A stretch of DNA of 64,000 bases from Massalongia carnosa (taxonomy: Eukaryota). The stretch is from contig OZ287074.1 in the NCBI GenBank assembly GCA_965645245.1, positions 434,001-498,000 on the forward strand. The letters are read 5' to 3'. Below the pieces are notes generated by a model. The model was not told the DNA's origin and did no database searches. It worked only from the letters and a program-made list of their open reading frames with translations. How positions within the stretch are numbered: the stretch's first letter is position 1; every line of letters starts with the position of its first letter. This document shows positions 24,865 to 38,459 of the stretch, in pieces. A program made the translations under genes and the position numbers.

Positions 24865-27800
24865 CTAAACGTCCCTGTCGCCCGCGCCAAGCCTACCCAC
24901 AACCCCACCGTCTCTGCTCTTCTTCCTCCTGTCTCGCCCCCTCTCCTCCATGTCTCCCTCTCTGCCCATCAAAACCCCCAACTCCATCAGCCGCTCCATG
25001 ACGCCATCTCTGCAACCTACAGCCTTCCGATCCACCTCCATCCCATCCAGCACCCTCAGCACCGGACACGCGTCCACAACCATCATTTCGTAAACCCTAC
25101 GACGGAGATGCGTGTCCTTGTCTAAGCGTGCTCGAGCCGCGGCATCCGTTTCTCTGTCCACGTGAGGGAGTAGATACGCCTTCGCGGCCTGCACATCGGC
25201 GGCTTCCTCTACAGAGCCATCGACATGCGCTCGGTCTTGCAAGACGAGCCGCTTTTCCGGTTTGAAAAACTGTTCTTGAGGTGTGTAGAAGCCTACGGTG
25301 AGTGGATTCCGGCGTAGGTCCACCTCCATCAATTGGTCGTTTAATCGCTCAAGGATCGTGGCGGTCTGTCGTAGCCGGGAGATGCGGTTGCCGGCGATGA
25401 AGAGTTTCTGCAAGCGCACGATACCAAGCAAAGGGCGAAGATCGCGGAGGGCATTGAAGTTAAGGTTTAGGACTCGCAGATTCGGAAGTTTGTGACCAAA
25501 GTCGGATGGGAGGCTTTTGAGGCTGGTAGAGGCAACTTCAAGATTGCGGAGGTTGAGGAAGGTTGTTGACGGGGCGAAGGAAGAAAGGACGTTATTGGAG
25601 AGGTAAATATGCTGGATATTGTGACAGTCTTGGTAATGCAGCTCAAAGAGACCGGAACCAGGGGCACGGTCTTGTTCGCGCCATGAAAGGGTTTCGAGGT
25701 CCTTTAATCGATGGAGACCTTGAATGCAACCAATCGAGTTTTTGTCCAAATTTAGCGTTCGAAGCTTTAGCATGTGCGTCACGTCGAGGGTAACGAGGCG
25801 GTTACTAGAAACGTTGAAGGTTTGAAGAGCAGGGAGTTGCTTTAACGAGAACGAGTCTAAGTTTTCAAGTTCGTTGACACCTAGCTCATAATTAGCTTTC
25901 TCCTGAGATTCAGGCATATATGTGGATTTTGTCACTTACTGAGATCGATATGCTTGAGAGCCAAGAGATAATGCAGGCCAACAACCTTTACCAGCTTATT
26001 TCCCTCCATATCAAGGTGCGTGAGCCGCTTGCTATATCTCTGTCAGCGGTTTTCACAGCCACACCATCACGAGCTTACAGGTTGCACCCCTCAAAGTCAA
26101 CAGACTTGACTTGATTACCTCTCAGACTCAAGCTAATCAGCCCATCATGCTCAAAGATGCCCTCGATATTCTCTATCTGGTTGCCATCCGCCTTCAGCTC
26201 CCGTAGGTGAAAAAGCGCTTGGAACCCTTTCAAGCAACGGATTTTATTATGAGAAACGTCTAGATATTGGAGGTTATAAAGATGACCCCATGCCGTTAGG
26301 TCGGATAGTTGATTCTGGGAGACTCTAAGGTCTCTAATGCTGGATGGTGCACCGTCCAACTGATCAAGGGAATTATCCGAGACGTCAAGTTCTTCTATCC
26401 GTCTGCAGAATTCGCCAAGCATATGTAAGGTGACTAAACCTCGATTCCGCAGATCAATGCTACGAATGAAATCCCAATATGGCTCATAAGGTGCAAGATC
26501 CGTAAGCTGCTTCACAAGGTCCTGAGTTGCCAGAGAGAATCGGCTTTGCGCTTCCCGCTGCGGTAATAAACCACGGCGGTTGGCAAGATCAGGGCGATCA
26601 GTAATAGGGGTATCACTTTGGTGTACAGTGAAATCAGCCAAGGGGCTAAGATGAAAGGCCACGCTTGAACCGTGGTCTGTGGAAACGAAATGAGGTCCTA
26701 TAACGCTTCTTTGGAAGGACAAGGGCGTTGACACCACCACGTCCAATCTAGCGTCTGAGTTTCCGCTAGGGTTTTGGAGAAAACAAATCTCATCCTGTTC
26801 GTCTAATCGTGACATTGGCCGAGCAATGTATGATTGACTTCCAATGGATCCTCGGCGTGAAGCGCTACGATAACTTGATCTTCGGCCAGGATGAGCCGAG
26901 CATCTTCTCCCAGCAGACATATCCGGCCGAGAATCAAATCGGATGGGTGAATCATCTAAATCTAATCCGGTTTCTTCATCCCATTTTTCGATTCCGCTAC
27001 TTGGAATGTATGGCGTATGTATCTGATCGATTAATGGCGAAGAAAATGCCACGGTGACAACCCTTGCCTGGCGATCTCGATGGCTTGGCCGCGTGGGAGT
27101 CCTTGATAAGCGGCCTTCGAGGATGCTGATCTCGTGCTCAACTTCTTCCTCGTGCTCAGTTTGATAGTCCACTAATGATCCAGGGGAATCCACAACCACC
27201 GCCTCGGGGATTTTCCCCGGAAACATATCGTCACCCCAAGATGTTGCTCGAGTCTCAATTATTGGTCCGCTAGAGGCAAATCGAGAATATTTGGAAGGTG
27301 CTGAACTATCGTCATTAGTTGCCAAAGCGGTTCCTTCTGCTGTCCGTGGTCTATTGTCTTGTTCTCCACCACGACCCTGGGATTCCATCTCTTGAGTTTT
27401 GATTGGCTTAGCGTAATCATGGTTTGCAATACCGTTTGAGCTGGATCCTATGTTCTTGAATGAAGCTACAGCCTCTTTTATCCTTTGCATTTCCTCGAGC
27501 TCGTCAACGCTCAAATCAGGAATTTCGCCAAGCAGGTCCTCGTCTGTTATGTCACTGTTGCTATGGATTTGCACGGCAAGTCCAGCAGCGTTTGATGTGT
27601 TTCTCTGCTTCACCCAAACCTGCCTCTCATGATCAAACGTCATACCGGCGATTTGGTCAGATAGAAGATGCGAGACAGTCTGGGGAGCAATCACAACTCT
27701 ATTTGCAGAGCCACGAGATGATCCAGTATGCAAAGATCGCCCAGTTGACGGCCCGGAAGTTGGGTGGGAGCCAAGAGACTGTAGCTTGGGGTCTGTGGTT

Positions 27801-30800
27801 AGTGCTGGAGAGTCCTCTAAGGATGAGGAATTTCTATGCTTGCTGAACTCATTGTTCCTGTCAAGGATTCGAAGATTTGGCGGATCGCTTTCCAGGAAGT
27901 TTGTAGTCTGCCTACCTGTAACAGGAGGAGAGGACCTTCGATCTGACTGCTTGCTTTGTAAAGATTTCAAGGACGATGTCAAAGTCATTCCAAAGTCGTC
28001 CTTGTCTTCATATTTCTTTAAATGGCTCATGACTCTAGCATCCACTGGCAGCGGCTCTCTTAATCTACGTAAGCTTGCTCCTTCCCGACTTGGTGGTCTT
28101 AAAAACTCGTCTTTCGTAGACTCTTCGTCAAAAGTATGGTTGGCGCTCTCCTGAAGATCTGTTTCAGATTCTTCAATAACACTGTGGTTGATTTGTGGAC
28201 GTCCTTGGGCACGGATAAGTTGCATAATCTGTTGCGCTTCATTAAAGAAATCTGCTGTTGTGACAGATGCTTTTCGGGAACCACAGGTGATGTCTTGAAC
28301 CATGTCCAGAGTAAAGGTTGCTAGCTCTTCAGCTAGTTCTTGCGTAGGATGATCGATATTTATTGGCTTGAATTGCTCTAATTCCCCAGCATACACATTC
28401 TTATCTTTGGTTTCAGCAACTAGTCCTTCATAAAGATTTCGATCTTGAGGAACATTCTGATTATGAGTCGATGATCTTGGACGCAGCATCTGACGCATTG
28501 CGAGGATCTTGGGATCTGCTGCCTGACTTTGGCCGTCATATAGCGCATCTTTTCGTTTTCGGCCAACAACAGACTGAATAACTGGCGATTTCTTTTCTAT
28601 GGATTTCTCAGCTTGAGAATCTTCGTGAGCTGCTTCTGGCCGTCCAATTGTTCGCCTACGCTTCGGCTGAGGATTTTTCGCTGGAGACCGTGGTAAACGT
28701 TTTCCTTGGGCGTTCCGTAGCTCATCATTCGGACTTTTGTCCTTCCCGCGGTCCAAAGCTAGAGCGGGTTTCCTAGAGCAAGTTTCCTCTACATCACCAT
28801 TTCGTCGAGTATGCTTAAGATCCTGTAAGAGAGCTTTTGCTTTGCCTCTTGAATGGTTGCTGTCTTCAGTATCCTGTAATTGGGGTTGAGATACTGACGA
28901 TTGCTTAAATATAAACAAACCTGAATTCTGCCTAGGTAGATCGGGTGAGATTTCTCCAGCTTTATCCTGCTCAGCAGGCGGTGGTCTGTAGGAGGGAAAA
29001 TTATGGCCATCAAGTCTCCCATCACCAAAGCTACTAATTCTTGATTTGACACCGTGATGCGGGTCGTTAGAGCTATGTCTTTGGAATCGCTGATCTATTT
29101 TTGAAGTAGATTTCTTAGGCGCAATTGAAGGAGAACTATTAATTCCCGTATCCTCTGTATAATTCTCATCATCTGTGGCTTGATGTATAGCTTCCTCAAA
29201 TTTGCTCATGCGCCGAGACAGTCGATCATTTGTAAAAGTATCATACTTGTCAAACAGCTTTAGCGGACTACCAGAGGACCTTACATGCTCTTGGCTGCTG
29301 GCTTTATCCGTCAGCTGCGTCTGGGGGGTTCTGAGACCCGGTGAGGGCCTGGCTGGCGTAGCTTGAAAAGGCAATTTCGCTTTCTTGTCCCTGATGATAT
29401 GTTTGGAAGACGAAACTGAAGATTTGGACTGAAAGTTGTCCGAGGCAGGTAGCGACGAAGGGCTGAGCGGCCTTCTTTGAAATGAACCGTCATCGGAATA
29501 GCCTCCTCTTCTTATACTCACAAAGCCGCCATTTGCAGCAAATGCGTCTGTTCCGGTGGAAAGATCCTCCGGCAATGAATGGCTTGTCCAATTATGGTTC
29601 TCATCGGTCCCAGAGAGATGGATCTCTGGAGACTTAATGCCCGTGTAATCGATTTCATTATCGCTCGATGGTGAGAAAGGGATGTTATTTTGTTGTACCC
29701 GTAGCTGATCCATTTGGGTATGAAGCTGGTGCATTGACACATCGAGCGCTGCGTAATCTATGTGGCCATCCACGGTATGATGTCGGGAGACGTAGAGAGG
29801 GCTTATTATCTCATCTCGATCTTCATCTTGAGCGCTGCTAGCGCTGCTAGCTCTAGCGCGAATAAGCGGTTTGGTACTAACTTGGGAATCAGCCTTGATT
29901 TGCGAAACACTAGGCTTGGAAGGCAGCTGGGTCTGCTTCTGTGAAGGCCTGGTTTTCGAAGGATCCGGCTTATTTGCTAAGCGCTTTGCTGCGCTTTGCG
30001 TCGATTGTGGCGATTGGGTTAGTACGAAAGATTTCTTAGTTCCAGTTTTGCCCTTTGTCTGGATTTGTTTCTTGACCTCTATGTCACATGGGCTACTTTT
30101 AGTTATTGGAATCTTACGGATTCCATCCTTCTCTTCTATGCCGTTTATTGGAGATAAGATTGAAGATTTGTCCTGTTCTACGCCTGAGGAACCAGTATTA
30201 CCCGGCTTTCCCGCTCTTGAGGGGTAGGGAGGAGGGCTTAAAGAATATTCATCGATAGCCGGCTTCGTCCTCGCAACCCGCTTCGGGTTCATTTTTGCTC
30301 CCAAAGTGGGCGGTTTGAAGACCTTTTCAAGACTAATTGGACTGAAGAGGTCACATTGATCCCCAGGCGCAATATGGCCTTGCAATACCCTTCTCCTCCA
30401 TTCGGGTGTTGCTTGCGGACTTGACCCCTTGAGTGGTGACTGTCCCAGCGGTTTATGCTGAATAGTATCTTGTCCGGCTAATGGTAAAGAGCTTGTAGAG
30501 GTATGCCGTTTGCTTTTCGGCCCTGATTTAGATGAACTATCAAGTTTTCCAAGCCTTGTAGATCCTTCCCTCTGTGATGAGTTAAGTTTTGATGAACTCC
30601 TTTCATGAAGTGCAGCCTTGTTTGTTGTATCTGCAGTGCTCGAGAATCTTGGCTCTGCAAGAGACGCAACTCCCCCCCCGCTTCCTGAGACAGATCGAGG
30701 CTTGTAACGGGGTATACGACTTTTCGATACATTGCTATCGTGGTCTAAACTGCTGGGAACAGGCGATGTATTTAATGCAGAGTTAGAATGCGATGAACGA

Positions 30801-30847
30801 GGCTGGGATATCCAATCTTCTGATAAGGAATCAAGCCATTGGTCCAT
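24865..30847 (-). CDS. cdc11: Leucine-rich-repeat SIN/MEN spindle-pole-body scaffold (Cdc11/Nud1/SepK-like), 3 exons
   Basis: N-terminal WLDSLSEDW; GSPLKLFDKYDTFTN; long Ser-rich region; EPYWD followed by C-terminal LRRs; exons approximately 26078-30847, 25940-26030 and 24865-25881. Confidence 0.85.
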
Positions 30848-31978
30848 GACTGTTGAAGAGGTTTTTGTAAGTTTGACGCAGTATCAGCGAGATTCATGGG
30901 AACTGGAAGATGCTAGAGTAAGCACATAATCATACAGTTTATACATAGAGAGAAAAGAATGAAGAGACTGCTGTGAAGGTCGTTGACCGAACAAAGTCGG
31001 AAGTCGTTTCGAAGCGGGTGTCGATTATGCAAGCTTCGCGATTCGCGATTGTCGTCTTTGTTGACAGATTGCCATATAAGGTTAAAGCTATTCTAAATAG
31101 TCTATATTGAAGTTTTAAGCTTCCACATTGAACGGCCAATGCGATATTACTCTGCTGTGACGGTGTGTGATAAGACGACTGTGCCCCTCCATTCTTGAAC
31201 TAATAAGACTTCTTTTTTGTACACTTTCAGATATCATGTGAGAGATGGAGTGGCATCAAATCCCATTCATCAATCAAGTTATTTTACTGCATTTTATCTT
31301 GATGTACTCCGTAGATACTCTATTTTGAACAGACACAGCACAAGCCAGATTTACACTCTATATTTCCATCTTCGTCAGCCATTTTAGTTTTTCTCGTGTT
31401 TTGATATTTTTCTTCGAAGTACGTTCTTCACGCAAAACATCTCGATTAAACAGTCTGCCTTAAAGAATATATCTTGAGAGTGCTTGTTGGTGATGTTAAG
31501 TTGAGCCTTGACGCTTTATGATTCGTAAGCTCTGTAGAATGAGCATAGCTAAATCAACACGACGAAGGGAGAGATTGGAGGATTGATTAATGCATAACTG
31601 TCAGAGGGTTTGTCTGGAGCCCTTTTGATTGTTAAGAATCTCAGCGCAGAGGTTGGTCTACGTAACCTGTATGAAATATGGTCTGTTTGCGTTCGTATAT
31701 CTTAATGCGCTACGACCCATAAGAGTTAAAAGTTTGGGAAATTGAGAAGTTCCAGCATTCCATACCATTATCAAGTTCTCATATATATCCTCGTCTAGGA
31801 CTGCAAGCCAGCGCGTCTTGAGGTATCTTTGAGCCTCCCACCTTCCAAAAACCATACCAGCACAAGCTACTAGGTAGCAAAAAAAAGCCCTGGGTATCAC
31901 ATTTCACAAATCTCGTCAAACGCCAGTCGCCCTCTTTTAAGATATTCTCTCAATGTATAGTACATGAAGATCTCCCGA

Positions 31979-34000
31979 TCACTTTCTTACGATTCTCAAC
32001 AAAGGTTCGATCCTCGCTCTCTTGCTTAGTCCGACCCTATAAGGCACTTTTCCGCTGTTGAGCGGGCTATGTTTATCTGGCCCCTTGCTTATTTTTTGTG
32101 GAGTTTGTGGAGGTGGATCTAAGGTTTTGGTAGGAGAGAGAAAGCTCGAGAAGCCTGGGAGGCTGTTTGTCGACGGGGAAGGAGATGGGAAATGATTCGG
32201 GCCGCTGGCTTCCTTTAAAGGGACAGTTTTCTGATGCCGAGTGTTGAGGTTGGGACGGATGTCTTCATCGGAGGATTCAGAATTGGAGATACCAAGGGGG
32301 CCAGGGCCAATGGATGCCTTTCGTTTCTTGCATTGAGTATTTGTGGGAGCTGCTACTGGAGCTATGGAGCATTCAGATTGCGTCGTGAGGTGCTTAGCTT
32401 GGGATTTTGGCGGAATAGGTTCTTCGCTAGACTGCTGAAGGTGCTTTTTAGGCCTGCCTCTTTTTTTAGGTGAGCTGCCTTTCGCTCTTAGCTCGCCATC
32501 TTGCACTTGCGGTAAATCTTTGGTTTTTTCGACGGGAATGGCCTTTTCTTTAGAATCCTTTGTGGTTGATGCCTCTTCAAATCGAGACTCAATCATCACA
32601 ATCGGATGTTTAGTTTCGACGGCTTCTATATCATCTTCGCTCTCATTCTTCGGGCGCTCAAAAGCAGTTGTTTTTCTTCGGTTTTTCTTCCGTTTCGCCA
32701 ATGTTTCTGGTCTTTTGGAAAAGTCTGCTGGAATGATAAGATCAACATCGGCACGCCCAGATCTTGATCGGCTTGGCCGAGGCTTATATTGCTCTGCGGG
32801 AAGACCTATGGCGATATCATCTGACCCAGGTCCATCCAAAAGTGATTTTCCATTCTTTATTGGAAATTTTGATTTCGATAAATTGGGGTTGGAATTGTGT
32901 ACAGACGATATGGATACTATACAAGATAACTCATCTAGCTCACCATCTTCAGGTTTCTTTGTTAGACTTTCTGAAATTGTGGCCTCACTCAGCAGATGGG
33001 ACTTGTTCAGACCAGATTCTTCATTACACTGCTCGGGAAGAGAAGGATCGGATTCATTTATCTGTGGACTATGATGCATTTTTAAGATTGAATTATCCTG
33101 GTCATGACCTTGAGGATTTCCAACTAGCCGAAGAGGTCTATCTGAAGAAGAAGCTGAAATAGAGTTGGATAATTTATTATGGTCAATTTGTGTAATTGTT
33201 TTGAGGGCTGCTTGATCTTCTGCCAGGGCATTTGATATCGGGCCTAGGTCGACATCCACAGTGTGTACATTACGGGCAAATTGCAACAATGGGGTAACCA
33301 TCGAGCTTGATACCAGGCTGACCATTTTGGCTTCTTCGCTATCAGTCTCCATCGGTTGTGACAGACATTGGGTCTCTTGGGGATTAGCGAAGCTTGCCCC
33401 ACGATCTCTCCGTATATCATTAAAAACAGATAGCCCTATGTTCAGCATTTGCGGCGGAGTCATTTCTCTTCCTTGAAGCATCATGGCTTCTGCACCCTGT
33501 TGCGCCTGCTTCCCAGGAGCATCCTCAATTGCAGAACCACTGCTTCTTAGCTGCGAATCATCGCGACTTGCTCGCCCATATGTTTTCAGCGGCTTTCGCT
33601 CCCCAAAATTGGTAGTAGCTCTTCTGTTGCTCGGTCTGGAAGGCGCAGATGAGTTAAACAGCTGTTGAGACGAGGTGAGCGGCTCCGCGGCAGATTTCGT
33701 TCTTTGGGGGGTGGGCTCCAAAAGACTATGGTGAGCATCTTGAATCTCTCGATCTAGTAGCACTAGTCTCAAATTAGCTACCGTGTATATATATATGCCT
33801 GGAAGAGGAACGTGAGGTATACCAGTTGACCCTGTGCTCAGCTCTCCAGAGTGCGGCACCTGTTTGGAAATCGAGGAGCTTAGGCTCTTCATGATATTGA
33901 GCGAATCCATTGAGGAGGCGTCTACCGCAAGCTCGGGTTGGGGGCTACTGTCAGTATCATCTTCCTCGTCTGAATCTTGTACCATGTTCCATCCTGCCAT
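31979..34000 (-). CDS. Low-complexity AT-hook protein
   Basis: Likely start MAGWNMVQDSDEE at 34000; GLPAEQYKPRPSRSRS; AT-hook KKRGRPKK; C-terminal YRVGLSKRARIEPLLRIVRK; probable 60-nt in-frame intron at 33763-33822. Confidence 0.75.
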   Translation of the reverse strand: MAGWNMVQDSDEEDDTDSSPQPELAVDASSMDSLNIMKSLSSSISKQVPHSGELSTGSTGIPHVPLPGIYIYTVANLRLVLLDREIQDAHHSLLEPTPQRTKSAAEPLTSSQQLFNSSAPSRPSNRRATTNFGERKPLKTYGRASRDDSQLRSSGSAIEDAPGKQAQQGAEAMMLQGREMTPPQMLNIGLSVFNDIRRDRGASFANPQETQCLSQPMETDSEEAKMVSLVSSSMVTPLLQFARNVHTVDVDLGPISNALAEDQAALKTITQIDHNKLSNSISASSSDRPLRLVGNPQGHDQDNSILKMHHSPQINESDPSLPEQCNEESGLNKSHLLSEATISESLTKKPEDGELDELSCIVSISSVHNSNPNLSKSKFPIKNGKSLLDGPGSDDIAIGLPAEQYKPRPSRSRSGRADVDLIIPADFSKRPETLAKRKKNRRKTTAFERPKNESEDDIEAVETKHPIVMIESRFEEASTTKDSKEKAIPVEKTKDLPQVQDGELRAKGSSPKKRGRPKKHLQQSSEEPIPPKSQAKHLTTQSECSIAPVAAPTNTQCKKRKASIGPGPLGISNSESSDEDIRPNLNTRHQKTVPLKEASGPNHFPSPSPSTNSLPGFSSFLSPTKTLDPPPQTPQKISKGPDKHSPLNSGKVPYRVGLSKRARIEPLLRIVRK

Positions 34001-34472
34001 GCTTGCGAAAATAATATAGTTACTGAAGCCCCACCTCCCACCTCCTTGTACTTTAGGGCTTTTCGGCAAGTCAAACGCGACATTTCGCGTCATAAACCTT
34101 GGGTATTTAATTAAGAACGATTGATAATAATACCGTACTCCAGTGAAACTTAAAGCAAATACAGAGGTCAATACAGGTACTCTGTATTATCTGACCAAGT
34201 ATGTATATCGTACTAGAATGTGTTTTCCTTTAGCCTTGACTTTACTTAGTAACTATCTTAAACATGAAGTATTAATCCACAGCTCTTTTAATCCCTTGCA
34301 TTCTTATTACATTACCGCCATCTCTCAAACAAGAAAATCCCAGTCACATCCAAACCAATTAATCGGCAGATCGCAACTTGAGACCAGAAAAAATAAAAGG
34401 AAGGATGCTTGCCCCCATTTCCGTCCGATTTCCAACCCCTCTATCTCCTCCCCTATCCCTCTTGTTCCACTC

Positions 34473-36254
34473 CTAAAATTTTAATATTGAGCCTTCACCC
34501 CTCTGCTCCGTTAAGCTCGTGGTCGGCTGCGCCCCTCCGGCCGTACCCACCCCGCGACTCTCCGGCTGTAACTTAGCAGGCTGAAGTTTACTTTCAAAAA
34601 TATCATTTGCAATACCGATCCCCAGCGGCACTCCCCCAATAGGGAAAACTTGCCCTGTCCGATCTCCACGCTCGCCCTTCGTGGTGTACCGTACATCTTG
34701 TGGAGCCTTGTATGCCGACGTACCGTCCTCATTGACTTTCATCGACGCCAGCGCGTCGGCAGGTGCGAAGGCGTCGAAATTCCAATGCACGCCCAAGAAA
34801 ATACGGCTGAGCCCAGTCTCAAACATGGCGGCCCAGAGGCTGGGGAAATGTCGCTTGACACGTGTACGCACGGTACCGAGCTGGTCGGTGATGGGGACGT
34901 TAGGGTCTAAAGGTTGGCGCAAGTCGCGGCTCACGCCATTAAGCTCGTCGGAGACGAAATCGAAGGCTATGGTGTCTGGCTCGTCAGGCGCAAATTTCAG
35001 GCCGTCACGTTGCTTGTAATATAGGCGTATAGTCTGGAAGAAGGCGCCCGCAAAAGTGGCATGGCCAGAGGGGTAGGCGGGGAAAGGCGGCTTGAACGGA
35101 ATGGTGTTGTTGTTGGTTGAAGGAGCGCCGAGGGTGAGCCAGAAGGGATCGCGGCGCGGGCCCGGGTCTTCGCGCACACCCGTCAGGGGCCGCCAGAACT
35201 CGAACGTGTATTTAGCCAGCCAGGCGAAGATGCCCGCGTCCCCGAGCGCCGTGTTAGCAAGCGCGAAGAGGCGCGCGAAGTCAGCGTTGTTAACCTCGTT
35301 ATCGGGCTCGTTAGAGCGCTTGCGATCCCAGGCAATTTGCCGCAGGATCTGGTTGAAAAGACGAGGGGGAGTACCAATGAGGTTTGCGCCATCGTAGGCC
35401 CAGAAGTAGCCCACGACTGTTTGGTCTGGGGTGCGGCGCGTGGTTCTTAAGGTTGGCGCGCCGCCTTCGCGGTAGACGTCGTCGACTGCCGCGTTATACT
35501 CATTGACGTTCTTGACCCCAGCGCCGACTGGAGGGTCGGCAATGAGGTGTTCAGTCGGATCACCGTTGACCAACCCCTGCACGGCAAGACGCTTAGCTGT
35601 CAGCCCATAAAACGGTGCATCGTATAGGCGGATCGCCCTTGTAGGACCGTTCGGGTTATTAATGTCGACGGGCACAATGCGCACCGGGTTGGTTGGATCG
35701 TCGTCGAACTTATATAGTCCCCCAGGGGGGCGATACGAGTCCTGGTCAAAGCCCGGTTCGTCGGGTTTAATAGCCAGCAGATCCAAGATGGCTTTCCCAA
35801 CCGTGGTCCCAAATCGGTAAGCCGGCGCGAGGGTGTTCAAATTGGGAAAGGCCCGCACGGCATGCTGTATGTACTGGCTCAGCTGGTCGGTTGTGGCGCG
35901 CGCGATCCCCGGGTCGGGAGTAGTGTATAGCTGATCAAAGACAGTTATGGCCGCGCCCGCCACGGTTAGCCGGGCATCTGTCACCCCGTCAGGGACTTTA
36001 GGGAGGCGTGTGGCCGGGTCCGAGCTATTGAGTTTGAGGTAAGTGCTGTGGGAGGAGTCTGGGTGGATGGAGAAGTAGGCGTCGTGGATGGCTAGATGAA
36101 GGATAGCGAGGGCGCGGGCGGTGGATGGGGGTTCGTTCTGTGGTCCGGCGATAGTGTTGCCCAGGCGGGTAAGGTCGAGCGCGAGGTTGTTCCAGTAGAG
36201 AATATAGTTTTTGTTATACTCGGGCGGCTCCTCTGTGGGAGGTAGGAGGACCAT
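34473..36254 (-). CDS. Vanadium-dependent chloroperoxidase (intronless)
   Basis: [29 protein letters not shown]; vanadate-binding motifs [26 protein letters not shown] and [13 protein letters not shown], as recalled for the Curvularia inaequalis enzyme. Confidence 0.93.
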   Translation of the reverse strand: MVLLPPTEEPPEYNKNYILYWNNLALDLTRLGNTIAGPQNEPPSTARALAILHLAIHDAYFSIHPDSSHSTYLKLNSSDPATRLPKVPDGVTDARLTVAGAAITVFDQLYTTPDPGIARATTDQLSQYIQHAVRAFPNLNTLAPAYRFGTTVGKAILDLLAIKPDEPGFDQDSYRPPGGLYKFDDDPTNPVRIVPVDINNPNGPTRAIRLYDAPFYGLTAKRLAVQGLVNGDPTEHLIADPPVGAGVKNVNEYNAAVDDVYREGGAPTLRTTRRTPDQTVVGYFWAYDGANLIGTPPRLFNQILRQIAWDRKRSNEPDNEVNNADFARLFALANTALGDAGIFAWLAKYTFEFWRPLTGVREDPGPRRDPFWLTLGAPSTNNNTIPFKPPFPAYPSGHATFAGAFFQTIRLYYKQRDGLKFAPDEPDTIAFDFVSDELNGVSRDLRQPLDPNVPITDQLGTVRTRVKRHFPSLWAAMFETGLSRIFLGVHWNFDAFAPADALASMKVNEDGTSAYKAPQDVRYTTKGERGDRTGQVFPIGGVPLGIGIANDIFESKLQPAKLQPESRGVGTAGGAQPTTSLTEQRGEGSILKF

Positions 36255-36917
36255 GATTGTTTGAGACTCGGAATTTCGATGGAGAACTTGAAATTTGCAA
36301 AGATAATAATCCTTCAAAAAGATCCAGTCAGATATTCATAGAATGTTTTTTTTCCCCAAGTCTTCACGTCCACATCCAATTATTTATAATGAATCTCTTC
36401 CATAGCACATCAGGCTGCCATGTGTTCCGACGTCCTTCAGATCCAAAATACATAAGCAGAATTGCCTTTCTTTCCAAATCGCGTGCTCTTCGTAATTCCT
36501 TCGTCTCCACCTCCTCCTCCTGGCCATGAGCTCACAAATTCGTAGCGCCACAGACTCAGCTAAAAGTTTGTAAATGATCAGCTGATTAAGCCAACTCCAT
36601 ATCAGCCCATTCTATCAATAGTATCACCAATCAGGCCGAAAAGCCATAGGTGATAAATTCCCTACATTTATTTTCACATGATCCTCCAAAAATAACGAAT
36701 CAGTAATGCTCTCGTGTCTTTTCCCTCCCAACTAGAGATGAGACAAAATCCGAGGGGGGGCAAATTATTATCAGGCCAGATGTTGCCTTTGATGCCCCAC
36801 TCTTGAACAAAGCTGCGGCCAATTCAAATCACGAGTTCACAATAGTGGGGGCAGATTTAGGATCATGTTGTGAAGAGAGATGTTTTAGGCTATACTGAAC
36901 TAGTTATAAGGAAACCT

Positions 36918-36953
36918 AAGGGTAACATTGCTAAGAAAGGGTAACATTGCTAA
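36918..36953. repeat. Short tandem duplication AAGGGTAACATTGCTAA x2 (19-bp period)
   Basis: Copies at 36918-36934 and 36937-36953. Confidence 0.85.
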
Positions 36954-38459
36954 AAAAGGATGTTGCATTAAAACTCGGGTTACACACACAACGTAGAAAA
37001 CGTGCAAGTAATTCAAAGGAGACGGAGAGGAGAGAAGAGAGGGGAACTAAGACCACATTAATAAGGAGGTTATCTATACATATGCCTGTACTTACTCTTT
37101 TCGAAATTAGAGGTAATGAAGAGTATTGACAGGACTTTCCTTGAACTTAAAAGGGAGGATTCGGTTGGTGAAGTGGTGGGGATGACGTATTAATGTGAAG
37201 AGCAGCCAAGAGTTTTTCAGCTTTTTGATGGGATCATACTATATAACTTGCCACGCTAGCAGCCTCATTTCCTTAGAAAATGACTTAACAATATGGCCAA
37301 GACCGTCGCTGCGGATGAGGCACCTAGGTCTGTGAGTTTTGGCTGTGGCTTTTGGAGCCTATTTGAGGGGAGCCAGGCATTGAACGAGTTCTTGCTGGGG
37401 TTGGAAAATGACAGGCAATTCTCTTCTTGCTTATAAGACAGTGGTCATATTAACTTGTAAGCACATGACGTACTTACGTTGCCTTCCCGCATCATCCCCT
37501 ATTCTGTATTTTTAGTGGTTTTCTTCTGTGACTGACAAGCTTTAAGCTCGTGTAGGGTTGGGTGTGACCTTGCACATTTTGCGAGTTTGTGAGAGCTGAA
37601 TATTCGAAAGGAATAGTATGGTCTAAGACAATGTCCATCGCCTTTTTGAGGCTTCCTTTGCGGTCATCGGGTTACTAATGATGCTCGTATCTGGCATAAC
37701 CAAGTGATTTTGCTCTGTGGTTTCATCCGCGCCAATGGTTGGAAACTAGATTACTCTGATTTTGGAAGATATGCACAGAAGGCGATGAAGCTGAACTCTG
37801 GGAAAGCTAGCATGATGAAAATCCAGGTTTAAAGACATTGAAGTGACAAGTGAAACCCTTCTTTAAAGTAGGGGTTTTTGAAAGAGAGCATATGGAGTGT
37901 GCCACAATCCTCAGGCTCAACCTCCCCCTCATTAGACAGACAATGCGAGAATAAAGATGGCAAGAGCTTTTTGTGAACCATTATCGGCTCCCACGTCGCT
38001 AAGATAGTTCGGTTTTCCCGTCGACCAAGTCAAAGGCCATGTACAGAGTACCCTCTAGACATTTAGGTATATATGTAAAATCGGGCGCAACAAAGCTGAT
38101 CAAATGATACAAACTTTTATTACCTATGCGTGACTGACAGATTCAGTTTCATACACTATCTTGAAGAGCACAGAGGTACAACCTCAGCCCGAGTGGCAAA
38201 CTCAACCCTCCGAGACAAATCCTATATATCAAGACGCCCAATGGACTTAATAGGCTGAACTAGTTTTAAGGGGAATCTTGATTGCATATCAGCCTTCATC
38301 ACGCACATAGTACCTCAAACCGAAACGATGTAGGCGACAAAGCATTTTAGGCGCGCTTCACGGTCTTTCATGAAACAGCTTGCATAGCCATGACTGCGTC
38401 TCTTCCATGGTAAAACCGTGCACGTCGCCTCGACTGCAAACGCTCATTGGTCAACAATT

